Positions 6,358 through 16,139 of a DNA stretch of 22,468 nucleotides are shown here, piece by piece. Position numbers and translations under genes: made by a program. The notes beneath the pieces are model-generated. The model saw only the letters and a program-made list of their open reading frames with translations, made no database searches and was not told the DNA's origin. The first letter of the stretch is position 1. Each line of letters starts with the position of its first letter. Origin of the DNA: Pseudobdellovibrionaceae bacterium (GTDB lineage: Bacteria > Bdellovibrionota > Bdellovibrionia > Bdellovibrionales > Bdellovibrionaceae); NCBI GenBank assembly GCA_039810425.1, contig JBDHWW010000044.1, positions 1 through 22,468 on the forward strand. The letters run 5' to 3'.

Positions 6358-8433
6358 ATGGCCTCACCTTTAGACCTGAAGCAAATCGTTACAAATTGGC
6401 AGAACTCCGGCGAGCGCGTGAATGCCCACTGGTCAGGAAGTTTCGACGATTATTTGGCGCTTGTAAAAAAGAACCCAAAAGTTACCCGCAATGCCTATCA
6501 GCGTCTCTATGACATGATTATGGAGGCCGGTACGGAAGACTACGTTGACTTCAAAAAACAAGTCACGCGGTACAAGTTTTTTGATGATGCCGCCAACAAC
6601 GGTAAAGACGCTGTTTTCGGATTAGATGTGGCCTTGATGAAACTTGTGAATGTATTAAGGGCGGCTTCTCTCGGTTACGGCACGGAAAAGCGCGTGATCC
6701 TTTTGCACGGTCCGGTAGGAAGCGCGAAATCTACGATCTGCCGGATGATCAAAAAGGGTCTTGAGGCATATTCAAAAACAGACTCCGGTCCACTTTATAC
6801 CTTTGAGTGGGTGGATGAAGAGGGCAAGCTGGACGGTCTCCTCGGTAAAGGCGTTAAGGCCTTCCAAAGCCCGATGCATGAAGAGCCTTTGCTTTTGATT
6901 CCTGACGAACTTCGTCCAAAAATTTGTGAAGAACTCAATCGCGGTCAAGAAGGCACATTCCGTGTTCACATTGACGGCGAGCTCAGTCCACCAAGCCGCT
7001 TTATTTTCCGTGCTTTGATGGATCGCTATCATGGCGATTTGATGAAAGTACTCTCTCACGTACGCGTGAAGCGGATGTTCTTGTCGGAGGCCGATCGTAT
7101 TGGTATCGGCACGTTCCAGCCGAAAGATGAAAAGAATCAAGACTCGACGGAGTTAACGGGCGACATCAATTACCGGAAGATTGCTGAGTATGGTTCGGAT
7201 TCAGATCCACGCGCTTTCAACTTCGATGGTGAGTTCAACGTTGCCAATCGCGGGATCATCGAGTTCGTCGAGGTTTTGAAGCTCGACGTGGCGTTCTTGT
7301 ATGACCTTTTGGGCGCATCCCAAGAGCACAGGGTAAAACCTAAGAAGTTTGCGCAAACTCATATTGATGAGGTGATCATCGGTCATACGAATGAGCCTGA
7401 GTATCGTCGTCTTCAAGACAATGAGTTCATGGAAGCCCTTCGTGACCGTACCGTGAAAATCGATATTCCGTACATCACTCGTTGGAAAGAAGAAGTGAAC
7501 ATCTATAAGAAGGATTTCAACTCTCAGAAACTGAGAGGTATTAGTATTGCGCCGCATACGATTGAAATGGCGGCGATGTGGGCTATCCTGACCCGTTTAG
7601 AAAAACCGAAGAAGGCCAACCTGACGAGATTGCAAAAATTGAAACTCTATAACGGTAAGACCTTGCCGAATTATACTGAGGATAATGTCAAAGAACTCCG
7701 TAAAGAGACTTTGCGCGAAGGTCTCGAGGGTATTTCCCCTCGTTATATCCAAGACAAGCTTTCGAATGCTCTGGTGGCGGCTCAGCAGAATAACAAGGGT
7801 TCCGTGAATCCGTTCATGGTGCTCAACGAACTCGAGTCGGGCCTTAAAAACCACTCACTGCTTTCCAATGAAGAGCTGAAAGCGGATTACCGCGAACTCT
7901 TGGGTGTGGTGAAGCAGGAATACGAAGAGATTATAAAAGCGGAAGTACAAAGAGCAATCAGCGCCGACGAAAGCGCTTTGCAACGCCTTTGTGCAAACTA
8001 CATCGATAACGTAAAGGCATATACCCAGAAGGAAAAAGTCCGTAACCAGTTTACTGGTCAGGATGACGAGCCGGATGAGCGCCTGATGCGTTCGATCGAA
8101 GAGAAGATTGAGATTCCGGAGTCTCGTAAAGACGATTTCCGTCGCGAGATCATGAATTACATCGGTGCCTTGGCGATCGAAGGCAAGAAATTCAATTACA
8201 AAATGAATGAGCGCCTGCATAAGGCTTTGGAGCTAAAGCTTTTTGAAGATCAAAAAGACAGCATCAAGCTCACGTCATTGGTTTCTTCGGTCACAGATAA
8301 GGATACGCAAGAGAAAATTGATATCGTGAAAACTCGTTTGATTAAAGACTTTGGGTACGATGATGTTTCCGCAACTGATGTGCTCCATTACGTGGCGAGT
8401 ATTTTTGCCCGTGGAGACGTCAAAAACAAGTAG
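6358..8433 (+). CDS. prkA: PrkA/YeaG family AAA+ serine protein kinase
   Basis: Walker [46 protein letters not shown] and HTNEPEY. ATG 6358 follows AAGGAG (the ORF track starts at TTG 6301). Confidence 0.93.
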   Translation: MASPLDLKQIVTNWQNSGERVNAHWSGSFDDYLALVKKNPKVTRNAYQRLYDMIMEAGTEDYVDFKKQVTRYKFFDDAANNGKDAVFGLDVALMKLVNVLRAASLGYGTEKRVILLHGPVGSAKSTICRMIKKGLEAYSKTDSGPLYTFEWVDEEGKLDGLLGKGVKAFQSPMHEEPLLLIPDELRPKICEELNRGQEGTFRVHIDGELSPPSRFIFRALMDRYHGDLMKVLSHVRVKRMFLSEADRIGIGTFQPKDEKNQDSTELTGDINYRKIAEYGSDSDPRAFNFDGEFNVANRGIIEFVEVLKLDVAFLYDLLGASQEHRVKPKKFAQTHIDEVIIGHTNEPEYRRLQDNEFMEALRDRTVKIDIPYITRWKEEVNIYKKDFNSQKLRGISIAPHTIEMAAMWAILTRLEKPKKANLTRLQKLKLYNGKTLPNYTEDNVKELRKETLREGLEGISPRYIQDKLSNALVAAQQNNKGSVNPFMVLNELESGLKNHSLLSNEELKADYRELLGVVKQEYEEIIKAEVQRAISADESALQRLCANYIDNVKAYTQKEKVRNQFTGQDDEPDERLMRSIEEKIEIPESRKDDFRREIMNYIGALAIEGKKFNYKMNERLHKALELKLFEDQKDSIKLTSLVSSVTDKDTQEKIDIVKTRLIKDFGYDDVSATDVLHYVASIFARGDVKNK

Positions 8434-8442
8434 TGTGAAATA

Positions 8443-9537
8443 ATGTCTATTAAAGAAGACCACAACAGGTTTAAGGATATCGTTAAGGGAAAGGTGAAAG
8501 AGGACTTTAAAAAGTACGTCACCCAAGGGGAGATGATTGGCAAAAGAGAGAATGAATTTGTCAAAATCCCACTTCCACACATCGAGATTCCGAATTTCCG
8601 TTATGGTCCCAAACAGCAAGGTGGCGTCGGGCAAGGACAGGGCCAACCCGGTGAAGGGGTTGGCGAACCTGGAGATGGCCAAGGCCAAGCCGGAGAAAAT
8701 CCCGGCGAGCACTTGCTGGAAGTAGAACTCAGCATGGACGAGTTGGCTGATATTCTTGGCGAGAAGCTCGAGCTTCCGCGCATTCAACCCAAAGGCAATA
8801 AGAATATCGAGATGGAAAAAACCCGTTACTCGGGAATGGCTCCTGTCGGTCCAGAAGGTTTGCGCAACTTTAAATCTTCGTACAAAAAAGCATTGAAACG
8901 CTACGTGAGCTCGGGAATTTACAATCCAGAAGATCCTGTGATTGTGCCTATCCGGCGCGACTTCCAATATCGCTCGTTCAAAAAGGTCACGAAGCCGATG
9001 GCCAAAGCCGTTGTCATCTATATGATGGACGTTTCGGGTTCTATGGGTGACGAGCAAAAAGAAATCGTTCGCCTTGAAAGCTTTTGGATCAACACTTGGT
9101 TGAAGAAGCATTATAAGGGACTTGAGACCAGGTTTATCATCCACGATGCGGCTGCAAAAGAAGTGGATGAAGACACTTTCTTCCGTACCAGTGAATCGGG
9201 TGGTACTTTGATTAGCTCCGCGTACAAGCTTTGCCAGCAGATTATAGAAACCGATTATCCAGTGAATGAATGGAACATTTACCCATTTCACTTCTCGGAC
9301 GGGGACAATTGGAGTGGTGAAGACACGCGTCTTTGCACCCGTTTGTTAAAAGAGTTCTTCCTGCCGAAAACCAACGTGTTCTGCTATGGGCAAGTTGAAA
9401 GTAAGTACGGCAGTGGTCAGTTCCTGAAAGATCTGCAGAAAGAGTTTGGTTCGGATGAACGTATCATCTGTAGCCAGATTGAAAACCGGGATAAAATCCT
9501 CGATTCAATTAAGGACTTTTTAGGGAAAGGCAAGTAA
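8443..9537 (+). CDS. YeaH/YhbH (DUF444) vWA-domain protein
   Basis: Gly/Gln-rich linker, [40 protein letters not shown]; follows prkA. Confidence 0.92.
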   Translation: MSIKEDHNRFKDIVKGKVKEDFKKYVTQGEMIGKRENEFVKIPLPHIEIPNFRYGPKQQGGVGQGQGQPGEGVGEPGDGQGQAGENPGEHLLEVELSMDELADILGEKLELPRIQPKGNKNIEMEKTRYSGMAPVGPEGLRNFKSSYKKALKRYVSSGIYNPEDPVIVPIRRDFQYRSFKKVTKPMAKAVVIYMMDVSGSMGDEQKEIVRLESFWINTWLKKHYKGLETRFIIHDAAAKEVDEDTFFRTSESGGTLISSAYKLCQQIIETDYPVNEWNIYPFHFSDGDNWSGEDTRLCTRLLKEFFLPKTNVFCYGQVESKYGSGQFLKDLQKEFGSDERIICSQIENRDKILDSIKDFLGKGK

Positions 9538-9540
9538 GCC

Positions 9541-11064
9541 ATGGCAAATCTGACTCCCGAACTAGAGCGTGAACGACTGAAAATCTGTAAAATCGCAAAA
9601 GATGCAGGCCTCGATTGTTTCGAAACTATTTTTGAGTTGATTACTTATGACCAAATCAATCAGTTCGCGGCTTATGGCGGTTTTCCAGTAAGATATCCAC
9701 ATTGGAAATTCGGGATGGAGTACGAACATCTTTCGAAATCCTATGAGTATGGCCTTTCTAAAATCTATGAAATGGTGATTAACACGGATCCTTGCTATGC
9801 CTATCTGATGGAAGGCAATGCGATGATGGACCAGAAGCTCGTGATGGCCCATGTGTACGGCCATTGCGATTTCTTTAAGAATAATATTTGGTTTTCAAAA
9901 ACAAACAGAAAAATGATGGACCAAATGGCGAATCATGCGACGCGCATCCGTCGCTATGTGGACCGCTATGGTACCGAGACCGTTGAAAGCTTCATTGACC
10001 TTTGTTTGAGCATCGAGAACTTGATTGACCGTTTTAGCCCTTATGTGGACAAGTCAATTGTACCGAAGGCGCCAGAAGCGGGTCCTCAAGATTCTGATTT
10101 TTTACTGAAGGTAAACCGTCCTTATATGCGCGACTATATTAATCCACCGGATTTTGTGGCAGAGCAGAAACGCAAGATGGCGGAGCTTTCGCAAAGATCT
10201 GCGAAGTTTCCACCAGAACCTGAAAAGGATATTCTTCGGTTTTTGATTCACTATGCCCCATTGGCAGATTGGCAACAGGATATTTTGTCGATTATCCGCG
10301 ATGAGGCGTATTACTTTTCGCCTCAGGGCATGACGAAAACGATGAATGAGGGCTGGGCATCTTATTGGCATTCGAAGTTGATGACGACGAAGATCCTTGA
10401 TGACTCTGAAATTATCGATTTTGCGGATCATCACAGCGGTACGATGGCGATGGCTCCGAATGGATACAATCCTTACAAAGTGGGGATTGAACTGATACGT
10501 GATATCGAAGAGCGTTGGAACAAAGGGCAATTCGGTCGCGAGTGGGAGCAATGCGACGACATTCGTGAGCGTAAACACTGGGACAAGAAGCTAGGTCTTG
10601 GTCGTGATAAGATCTTTGAGGTCCGTAAGGTCTATAACGATGTGACGTTCATCGATGAGTTTTTGACCGAGGACTTCTGTGTTCGAAATAAGTTATTCGT
10701 GTACAAGTTTAATAAGAAAACGAATAAGTTCGAAGTGGATACACGCGACTTTAAGGCGATTAAGCACCAGTTGCTGTTTCACATGACGAACTTCGGTCAA
10801 CCGATTATCCGTATCGAAGATGCGAACTTCGAAAACCGTGGCGAGTTATTGCTGACTCACTTGCATGAAGGCATCGACATGCAACCGGACTATATGACCG
10901 AGGCTCTTAAAAATATTTTTAAGTTGTGGACTCGTCCCGTAAACCTTGCAACTGCAATGGATGGCGAAGCGCAACTTTTTAGGTTTGATGGAAAAGAGTT
11001 TAAGAACTATAAGTTAAACCAAGGACCTAGTCCGAATCCATCAAACACAGAGAACGGCGAGTGA
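9541..11064 (+). CDS. spoVR: SpoVR/YcgB family protein
   Basis: PVRYPHWKFG, IYEMVINTDPCYAYL, AHVYGHCDFFKNN, TKTMNEGWASYWH, NPYKVG. Confidence 0.93.
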   Translation: MANLTPELERERLKICKIAKDAGLDCFETIFELITYDQINQFAAYGGFPVRYPHWKFGMEYEHLSKSYEYGLSKIYEMVINTDPCYAYLMEGNAMMDQKLVMAHVYGHCDFFKNNIWFSKTNRKMMDQMANHATRIRRYVDRYGTETVESFIDLCLSIENLIDRFSPYVDKSIVPKAPEAGPQDSDFLLKVNRPYMRDYINPPDFVAEQKRKMAELSQRSAKFPPEPEKDILRFLIHYAPLADWQQDILSIIRDEAYYFSPQGMTKTMNEGWASYWHSKLMTTKILDDSEIIDFADHHSGTMAMAPNGYNPYKVGIELIRDIEERWNKGQFGREWEQCDDIRERKHWDKKLGLGRDKIFEVRKVYNDVTFIDEFLTEDFCVRNKLFVYKFNKKTNKFEVDTRDFKAIKHQLLFHMTNFGQPIIRIEDANFENRGELLLTHLHEGIDMQPDYMTEALKNIFKLWTRPVNLATAMDGEAQLFRFDGKEFKNYKLNQGPSPNPSNTENGE

Positions 11065-11426
11065 ATCAAAAGAATACCAAGTTAGTTTACTCCACGGATC
11101 CCAAAGACCAGATGTGCCCAAAATGTAAAGAGTATGCTTCTGAGTGCACCTGCGTTAAACAAGAAGCAGTTCAATCCAGAAATTTTGTCGCTGTATTCCG
11201 CCTGGAAAAGAACGCGCGCGGCGGCAAGGTAGTGACTGTGATCGATGCATTGCCTAAAATTGAAATCTACCTGAAGGATCTTTGTAAGGAATTGAAAACA
11301 AAGTGCGGCGTCGGGGGAACCTACTCGACTTCAGGCAAAGAAGGCCTTATCGAGATCCAGGGAGATAAACGCGAGCAAATAAAAAAGATATTTGATCGAA
11401 AGGGCATAAAATACAAAGGTATGTAG
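11061..11426 (+). CDS. yciH: Translation initiation factor SUI1/YciH homolog with an N-terminal Cys cluster
   Basis: LVYST, CPKC....ECTC, R.EK..RGGK.VT.I, LKTKCGVGGT, IEIQGD. Its GTG start overlaps the spoVR stop (GTGA). Confidence 0.88.
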   Translation: MNQKNTKLVYSTDPKDQMCPKCKEYASECTCVKQEAVQSRNFVAVFRLEKNARGGKVVTVIDALPKIEIYLKDLCKELKTKCGVGGTYSTSGKEGLIEIQGDKREQIKKIFDRKGIKYKGM

Positions 11427-11528
11427 GGTACTTAGCCTGTAAAAAACTTTTGTTCTGGATGTGAATAATACTAGCCTTGTCAAAATTATGCGTGTTCGCC
11501 AGCATAATCAATGCAAGGGGAAAATGAA

Positions 11529-12212
11529 GTGGCTCAAATGAATAGAAAAATCTTAATCGTCGACGACTACGAAGAAAGTTGTAAATTGCTCTCAGAAATC
11601 CTGAGCTCTACTTATGAATGCTACTACACCTCGGACAGTACAAAGGCGTTTCCGTTAGTAGTGGAAAAGAAGCCTGACTTGATTTTGCTCGACTATAAAA
11701 TGCCTGGTTTGATGGGTATTGATATTTGCAAGATGATTCGTGAAAACGAGGCGACGAAGAACACACCAATTATTTTTGTGTCTGGTGCGGCCACAATCGA
11801 CGAAAAAATTCGTGCGTTTGAGCAAGGCGCGGACGACTTCATTTCAAAGCCCTTTCACGTAAAAGAGCTGATTTTACGGATCAAAGCTCGTTTGTCCGAG
11901 AAGGATCAGGACTTGGGTGCCGAACTTCAGGCCGCGAACTTGAGAATGAACCTTCTTTCGCGCCAAGTATTCGTAGGCGGCGAAGAAGTTCAACTGACGC
12001 CAAAGCAATTCGATATCTTAAAGATGCTCGTGTCTAACAAGAACAATCTTGTGACTCGTGAAAAATGCTTGGACGAAATCTGGGGTGACACGGAAGTGAC
12101 TTCACGTAACGTGGATTCACAAATCAACTACCTCAAACGTAAGATCAATAAATTCCAAGGTAAGATTCTCGCGGTACCGAGCTTAGGTTACCGTCTTGAA
12201 GTACAGGATTGA
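11529..12212 (+). CDS. OmpR/PhoB family response regulator
   Basis: Receiver domain (ILIVDD, LILLDYKMP, GADDFISKPF) plus winged helix (LTPKQFDIL, IWG...SRNVDSQINYLKRKI, GYRL). Start uncertain (11511, 11529 or 11538). Confidence 0.92.
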   Translation: MAQMNRKILIVDDYEESCKLLSEILSSTYECYYTSDSTKAFPLVVEKKPDLILLDYKMPGLMGIDICKMIRENEATKNTPIIFVSGAATIDEKIRAFEQGADDFISKPFHVKELILRIKARLSEKDQDLGAELQAANLRMNLLSRQVFVGGEEVQLTPKQFDILKMLVSNKNNLVTREKCLDEIWGDTEVTSRNVDSQINYLKRKINKFQGKILAVPSLGYRLEVQD

Positions 12213-12248
12213 ACAACGAGCCACCGGTTCTCGCAACAAGGAAGGATT

Positions 12249-12285
12249 GAAAAGGCGGTATGCTCCCAAAGTTCCGCCTAAAAAA
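12249..12285 (-). terminator. Putative terminator for the minus-strand unit
   Basis: Minus strand AGGCGG-N15-CCGCCT-TTTC, between convergent genes. Confidence 0.4.
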
Positions 12286-12347
12286 CAAACCCACGCCCAG
12301 TAAAAGATATGGGTCATAGCAAGGGTGATGATAGACCCGGACTTTTA

Positions 12348-13442
12348 CTAGTATGATTCTTTAGTGAAGACTCTATCTGGAGTTTGGATCGTCGATTTCG
12401 AAACTTCAAAATAGATGCGACCGATTTCGCGACCGTCCGTGGTCTCGACACTCACGCGGCTCTCGCCCTCGGCATAGTTTTGCTTGATTGCGAAGCCGCG
12501 GAAGCCGTTGGCACGGCCACCGCTAATCTTCATTGGAATGCGGTCGGTGCTGAGCCAGCCCTGGCGCGGATCTTTGTAATACCAATGCAAAGTTACTGAA
12601 TCACTAAAGCGTGCGGGCGAAAAGATCTCGGCGAAGAAATAGATTTTGTCGCCAGGCTCCGCTTTAAAATCCTGATCGCCCTTTTGCCAGAACTTCCACC
12701 AAGGCCTTTCGTGGGACACCACGTATTTGCCGTCGGTCTTTTCGATCATGTGATACACGCCCATGTTCTGCACGGAAAGCGGCACTGGCGGAATCCAGCC
12801 GATCAGATACAACGCAAGAAATAATCCCAAGACGCTTCCACCAGGGAGAGCAAGCGTCCGCAATAGCAAGCGCTTATTCGGTACCCGCTTTTGCGCCAAA
12901 CGATAAACACCGTACAAAACTAAACCCGTCAGGGTCATCGATAGCAAGAAAGGCACAATGCCCACGAAGCCGAGAAGCACTGGCACAGTCATCGAGAAAA
13001 AGGCGAAGAGGCAGATAACGTAAAGGCCTACTTTTAAGTCAACAGCACTTTTCTGAACGCTCTTAAGTTCGTTGGCGACCATGATACCCATAATGAGTAG
13101 TACAAAGACAATCGAGGAGAAAAAAGAAGCGCTCTTTAAGAAGAAGAGCGAATAGACGCTGAGCAGACTTCCCAAGAGGAAGTGCACGGCGATTTGGCGA
13201 TACCCCCAATACTTTTCAATTCTTGCCGAAATTTTCGCAAGACCATGGGCGCTGAGGAAATCATAGTACAGAATCGCGCCTATCACTAAAAGATAAACGA
13301 CCTGTTGAAGAATGCTCAGCGGATCATCGATATCCGAAAGGGTCGCGATGTCAAAAAGGAAGCCGCCGAGAAAAAAGCCGATATCGACTTTCGTTTCATT
13401 TTTTTCGTAGTACTCTAGCAGCCGGTGTTTCAGATTTGCCAT
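12348..13442 (-). CDS. Membrane protein with a C-terminal DUF2914-like domain
   Basis: About 7-8 TM segments, IPPVPLS, and a C-terminal IFSP...LHWY...I.GGR..GFRG...RVSVET.DGREIGRI.F typical of DUF2914 proteins. ATG 13442 follows GGAGGGAG. Confidence 0.75.
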   Translation of the reverse strand: MANLKHRLLEYYEKNETKVDIGFFLGGFLFDIATLSDIDDPLSILQQVVYLLVIGAILYYDFLSAHGLAKISARIEKYWGYRQIAVHFLLGSLLSVYSLFFLKSASFFSSIVFVLLIMGIMVANELKSVQKSAVDLKVGLYVICLFAFFSMTVPVLLGFVGIVPFLLSMTLTGLVLYGVYRLAQKRVPNKRLLLRTLALPGGSVLGLFLALYLIGWIPPVPLSVQNMGVYHMIEKTDGKYVVSHERPWWKFWQKGDQDFKAEPGDKIYFFAEIFSPARFSDSVTLHWYYKDPRQGWLSTDRIPMKISGGRANGFRGFAIKQNYAEGESRVSVETTDGREIGRIYFEVSKSTIQTPDRVFTKESY

Positions 13443-13509
13443 GCTCCCTCCCGGGAAAAACATATTTTAGGTAAGGTTTTCCCTCGAGAAAAGGCCAGAA
13501 ATCCAAATT

Positions 13510-14442
13510 TCACCGTGATTGCGCTTGCTGATGTTTTTTAAGACCCCAATTCACGCCCCACAAAACATCCGGATGATATTCGAACATTTCCGTTGCTCTT
13601 GAGAGCGGAATCCACTCTGTGCCTCTATTATAAGCTGCATCCTGGACAGGACGTGGCTCGTGCCAAGCCTCATCTAGAACACCGGCGAAAAAAACAGTGT
13701 CACAAGGATTCACCATGCCATTCCACTCGAAGTCATAACGACGGCGGAGCTCAAATTCAGGCAGTAAACGGATTTTGTATCCGGTTTCTTCGAAAGTCTC
13801 TCTGATAGCGGTTTCTGCGGCAGTTTCGTTTTTTTCGATCTGACCACCGGGCATGAAGAAGTATTTTTTCTGATTGTGCGGGTCCACTGCATGAAAGCCG
13901 AGGATTTTCTTTTTATGAACGACGATGACACTTGCGCGCCGACGATACTTTTTATTTTCGCGCTCTGATTTTTGCTCATCGCGACGGGACTTAAAAAAAT
14001 CCTGGAGCAGATCGCCACACTCTTTCTCTAAAACTCCGGAGGTGAACTCAATCTGGTGATTCAGCCGGTTATCATTAAAAGTGGCATATAAAGTTTCGAC
14101 AGCACCACCGCGAGGATCTTTCGCGCCATAAACAACGCGTTTTACTCGAGATTGTAGCAAAGCACCGGCACACATTAAGCAAGGTTCGAGCGTGACGTAC
14201 AAAGTGCAGTCTTCAAGACGCCAATTCTGTATTTTCTTTGCGGCGGTATGCAGGACTATCGCCTCGGCGTGAGCTAACGGGCTTTGCCAAGTTTCGCGAT
14301 GGTTATAAGATTGCGCAAGCATACTCATGCCATCGGGGCCGACAAGCAGCGCACCAACGGGAACCTCGCCCTCAGAACCTGCCTTGTGGGCAAGTTTCAG
14401 GGCATGTCGCATCCATTTTTTATCAAGATTTTTTTGTTTCAA
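13510..14442 (-). CDS. tadA: tRNA adenosine(34) deaminase TadA fused to a C-terminal NUDIX hydrolase
   Basis: GEVPVGA, AHAE, WRLEDCTLYVTLEPCLMCAGA, YGAKDP, RLNH, then an intact Nudix box GQIEKNETAAETAIRETFEETG (G-x5-E-x7-RE-x2-EE-x-G). TTG start after GAGGA, overlapping the terC-family gene by 20 nt. Confidence 0.88.
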   Translation of the reverse strand: MKQKNLDKKWMRHALKLAHKAGSEGEVPVGALLVGPDGMSMLAQSYNHRETWQSPLAHAEAIVLHTAAKKIQNWRLEDCTLYVTLEPCLMCAGALLQSRVKRVVYGAKDPRGGAVETLYATFNDNRLNHQIEFTSGVLEKECGDLLQDFFKSRRDEQKSERENKKYRRRASVIVVHKKKILGFHAVDPHNQKKYFFMPGGQIEKNETAAETAIRETFEETGYKIRLLPEFELRRRYDFEWNGMVNPCDTVFFAGVLDEAWHEPRPVQDAAYNRGTEWIPLSRATEMFEYHPDVLWGVNWGLKKHQQAQSR

Positions 14443-15190
14443 CGAATTCCTCAGCGATACGTTCGCGCAGTTTTACCGGCCGAATCTTTTTCTTAGAGCG
14501 CATTTTGAGATTTAGCATCTCCACGAACACAGAGAACGCCATCGCAAAGTAGATGTAGCCCTTGGGCACGTGTTGATCAAAGGCTTCAACGATCAAAGTT
14601 AAACCAATCATCAACAGGAAGCTTAAAGCCAAAATTTTCAAAGACGGATGACGATCCACAAAGTCGCTGATACTTTTTGCCGAAAACAGCATCACTGCCG
14701 TGGAAGCCAAAACCGCAGCCACCATCACCGACAATTGGCTGACCATTCCGACCGCTGTGATAACCGAGTCCAAAGAAAACACGATATCCAACAAAAGAAT
14801 CTGAAAGATGACGGCGCTAAAAGAGTGAGCTACTTGATTGGATTGGCTGCCATCTTCGCCTTCGAGCTTGTGCGAAATCTCCAAAGTGCTTTTGCCAATG
14901 AGGAACAAACCGCCTAAAAGCAAAATCAGGTCGCGGCCCGAGATCTCTTGGCCTAAAGCGCTGAAGAGCGGTTCGGTCAAAGTGATGATCCAAGACAAAG
15001 ACATCAGTAAGATTAAGCGGGTGATCACCGCCAGGGAAAGCCCAGTGAGACGAGCTTTGTTCTGCTGATCCTGAGGGAGTTTGCCTGCCAAAATTGAAAT
15101 AAAGATAATATTATCAATGCCTAGGACCAACTCGAGGGCAAAGAGGGTAAAGAATGAAATCCAACCTGCGGGAGTCACAAAAGCTTCCAT
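14423..15190 (-). CDS. TerC family integral membrane protein
   Basis: LELVLGIDNIIFISIL, GRDLILLLGGLFLI, LDIVFSLDSVITAVG, HPSLKILALSFL, PKGYIYFAMAFS. Start ATG 15190 or GTG 15196. Confidence 0.92.
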   Translation of the reverse strand: MEAFVTPAGWISFFTLFALELVLGIDNIIFISILAGKLPQDQQNKARLTGLSLAVITRLILLMSLSWIITLTEPLFSALGQEISGRDLILLLGGLFLIGKSTLEISHKLEGEDGSQSNQVAHSFSAVIFQILLLDIVFSLDSVITAVGMVSQLSVMVAAVLASTAVMLFSAKSISDFVDRHPSLKILALSFLLMIGLTLIVEAFDQHVPKGYIYFAMAFSVFVEMLNLKMRSKKKIRPVKLRERIAEEFVETKKS

Positions 15191-15254
15191 GAGCACCTTT
15201 CAATGGTTAAAACATAAGTAATATCAATATGATAAGGCGGTGTCGCAGGTTCCG

Positions 15255-15283
15255 AGGTTAGTGACTCTTCAGACTCCTGTCAA
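15255..15283 (-). promoter_or_regulatory. Sigma70-type promoter for the terC-tadA unit
   Basis: Minus strand TTGACA-N17-TAACCT. Confidence 0.6.
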
Positions 15284-15426
15284 TGGCGCAACGCCGCGTG
15301 CGCAAAATCTAAGCTTCGCAGGGCTTTAGCGTTTGTCATTGGGGGGTCGGTTTGTTATAGACTTACTCTTTCAAATCCCTGGGAAAACCGGGAATTCCGA
15401 CACGTGTGAGAGGCAGGTGATTTTCA

Positions 15427-15630
15427 GTGTCAATGACGAAAATCAAAGACGGAGAAAGCTTTGAATCAGCATTCCGCAGATTTAAAAAATCTTGCGAGAA
15501 AGCCGGTATTCTTTCTGAAGTTAAAAAACGTGAGCATTTCGAAAAGCCAAGCGTTCGCTTGAAAAAGAAATCAATGGCTGCTCGTAAACGTGCGATGAAG
15601 AAATCTAGAAAAGGCTGGGGCAACGACTAA
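15427..15630 (+). CDS. rpsU: 30S ribosomal protein S21
   Basis: [41 protein letters not shown]; first gene of the MMS operon. Confidence 0.97.
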   Translation: MSMTKIKDGESFESAFRRFKKSCEKAGILSEVKKREHFEKPSVRLKKKSMAARKRAMKKSRKGWGND

Positions 15631-15648
15631 GCCTAGCGGAGGTTTCTA

Positions 15649-16095
15649 ATGGAAATCAGAGATCAGATCATGGCCGACGTTAAGGAGGCCATGAAAAGTA
15701 AAGATCAACTTAAACTCAACACTTTGCGATTCCTTCAAGCTGCGGTTAAAAACCGTGAGATTGAGCTTCGCCCCAACCCGATCAACGGTGACGAAGTCAT
15801 GGGTGTGATCAAAAAGTTGGTTAAGCAAAGAAAAGAATCGATTGAGCAATACCAAGCCGGTGGCCGCCAAGATCTCGCGGATCAGGAAGCCGCTGAGTTG
15901 AAAGTGCTTGAGGGTTATCTGCCAGCTCAAATGGGCAGAGATCAAATCGAGAAGGTTGTCACGGAAGTGATTGCAGCCCTCGGTGCGAAAACTGTGAAAG
16001 ACATGGGTCCCGTAATGAAGGAAGTCATTGCTCGCACAGCCGGTACTGCCGACAACAAAACAGTCAGCGAAGTTATTAAGTCTAAACTTACTTAA
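15649..16095 (+). CDS. yqeY: GatB/YqeY domain protein
   Basis: D.KEAMK.KD...LR, KQRKESIEQY..GGR.DLA..E..E..VL..YLP.Q, KDMG.VM; RBS GGAGG. Confidence 0.93.
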   Translation: MEIRDQIMADVKEAMKSKDQLKLNTLRFLQAAVKNREIELRPNPINGDEVMGVIKKLVKQRKESIEQYQAGGRQDLADQEAAELKVLEGYLPAQMGRDQIEKVVTEVIAALGAKTVKDMGPVMKEVIARTAGTADNKTVSEVIKSKLT

Positions 16096-16139
16096 TTTTG
16101 AGCGCCTCAATGAGGCACTTAATTGACCAGCGGAGTTGC

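Noticed and set aside
8620..8710. Gly/Gln-rich quasi-repeat
   Set aside because: Normal low-complexity linker of DUF444/YeaH proteins.
8275..9291. 338-aa antisense ORF over prkA/yeaH
   Set aside because: Antisense shadow of conserved genes with no domain signature.
12299..12349. Possible hammerhead ribozyme (GTGATGA inside nested stems)
   Set aside because: The core CUGAUGA and GAAA elements are not present in the required arrangement.
15197..15330. yybP-ykoY Mn2+ riboswitch upstream of the terC-family gene
   Set aside because: The conserved GGGGAGUA and CGUCAACAUAC-like motifs are absent, and the predicted leader is only about 55-60 nt.
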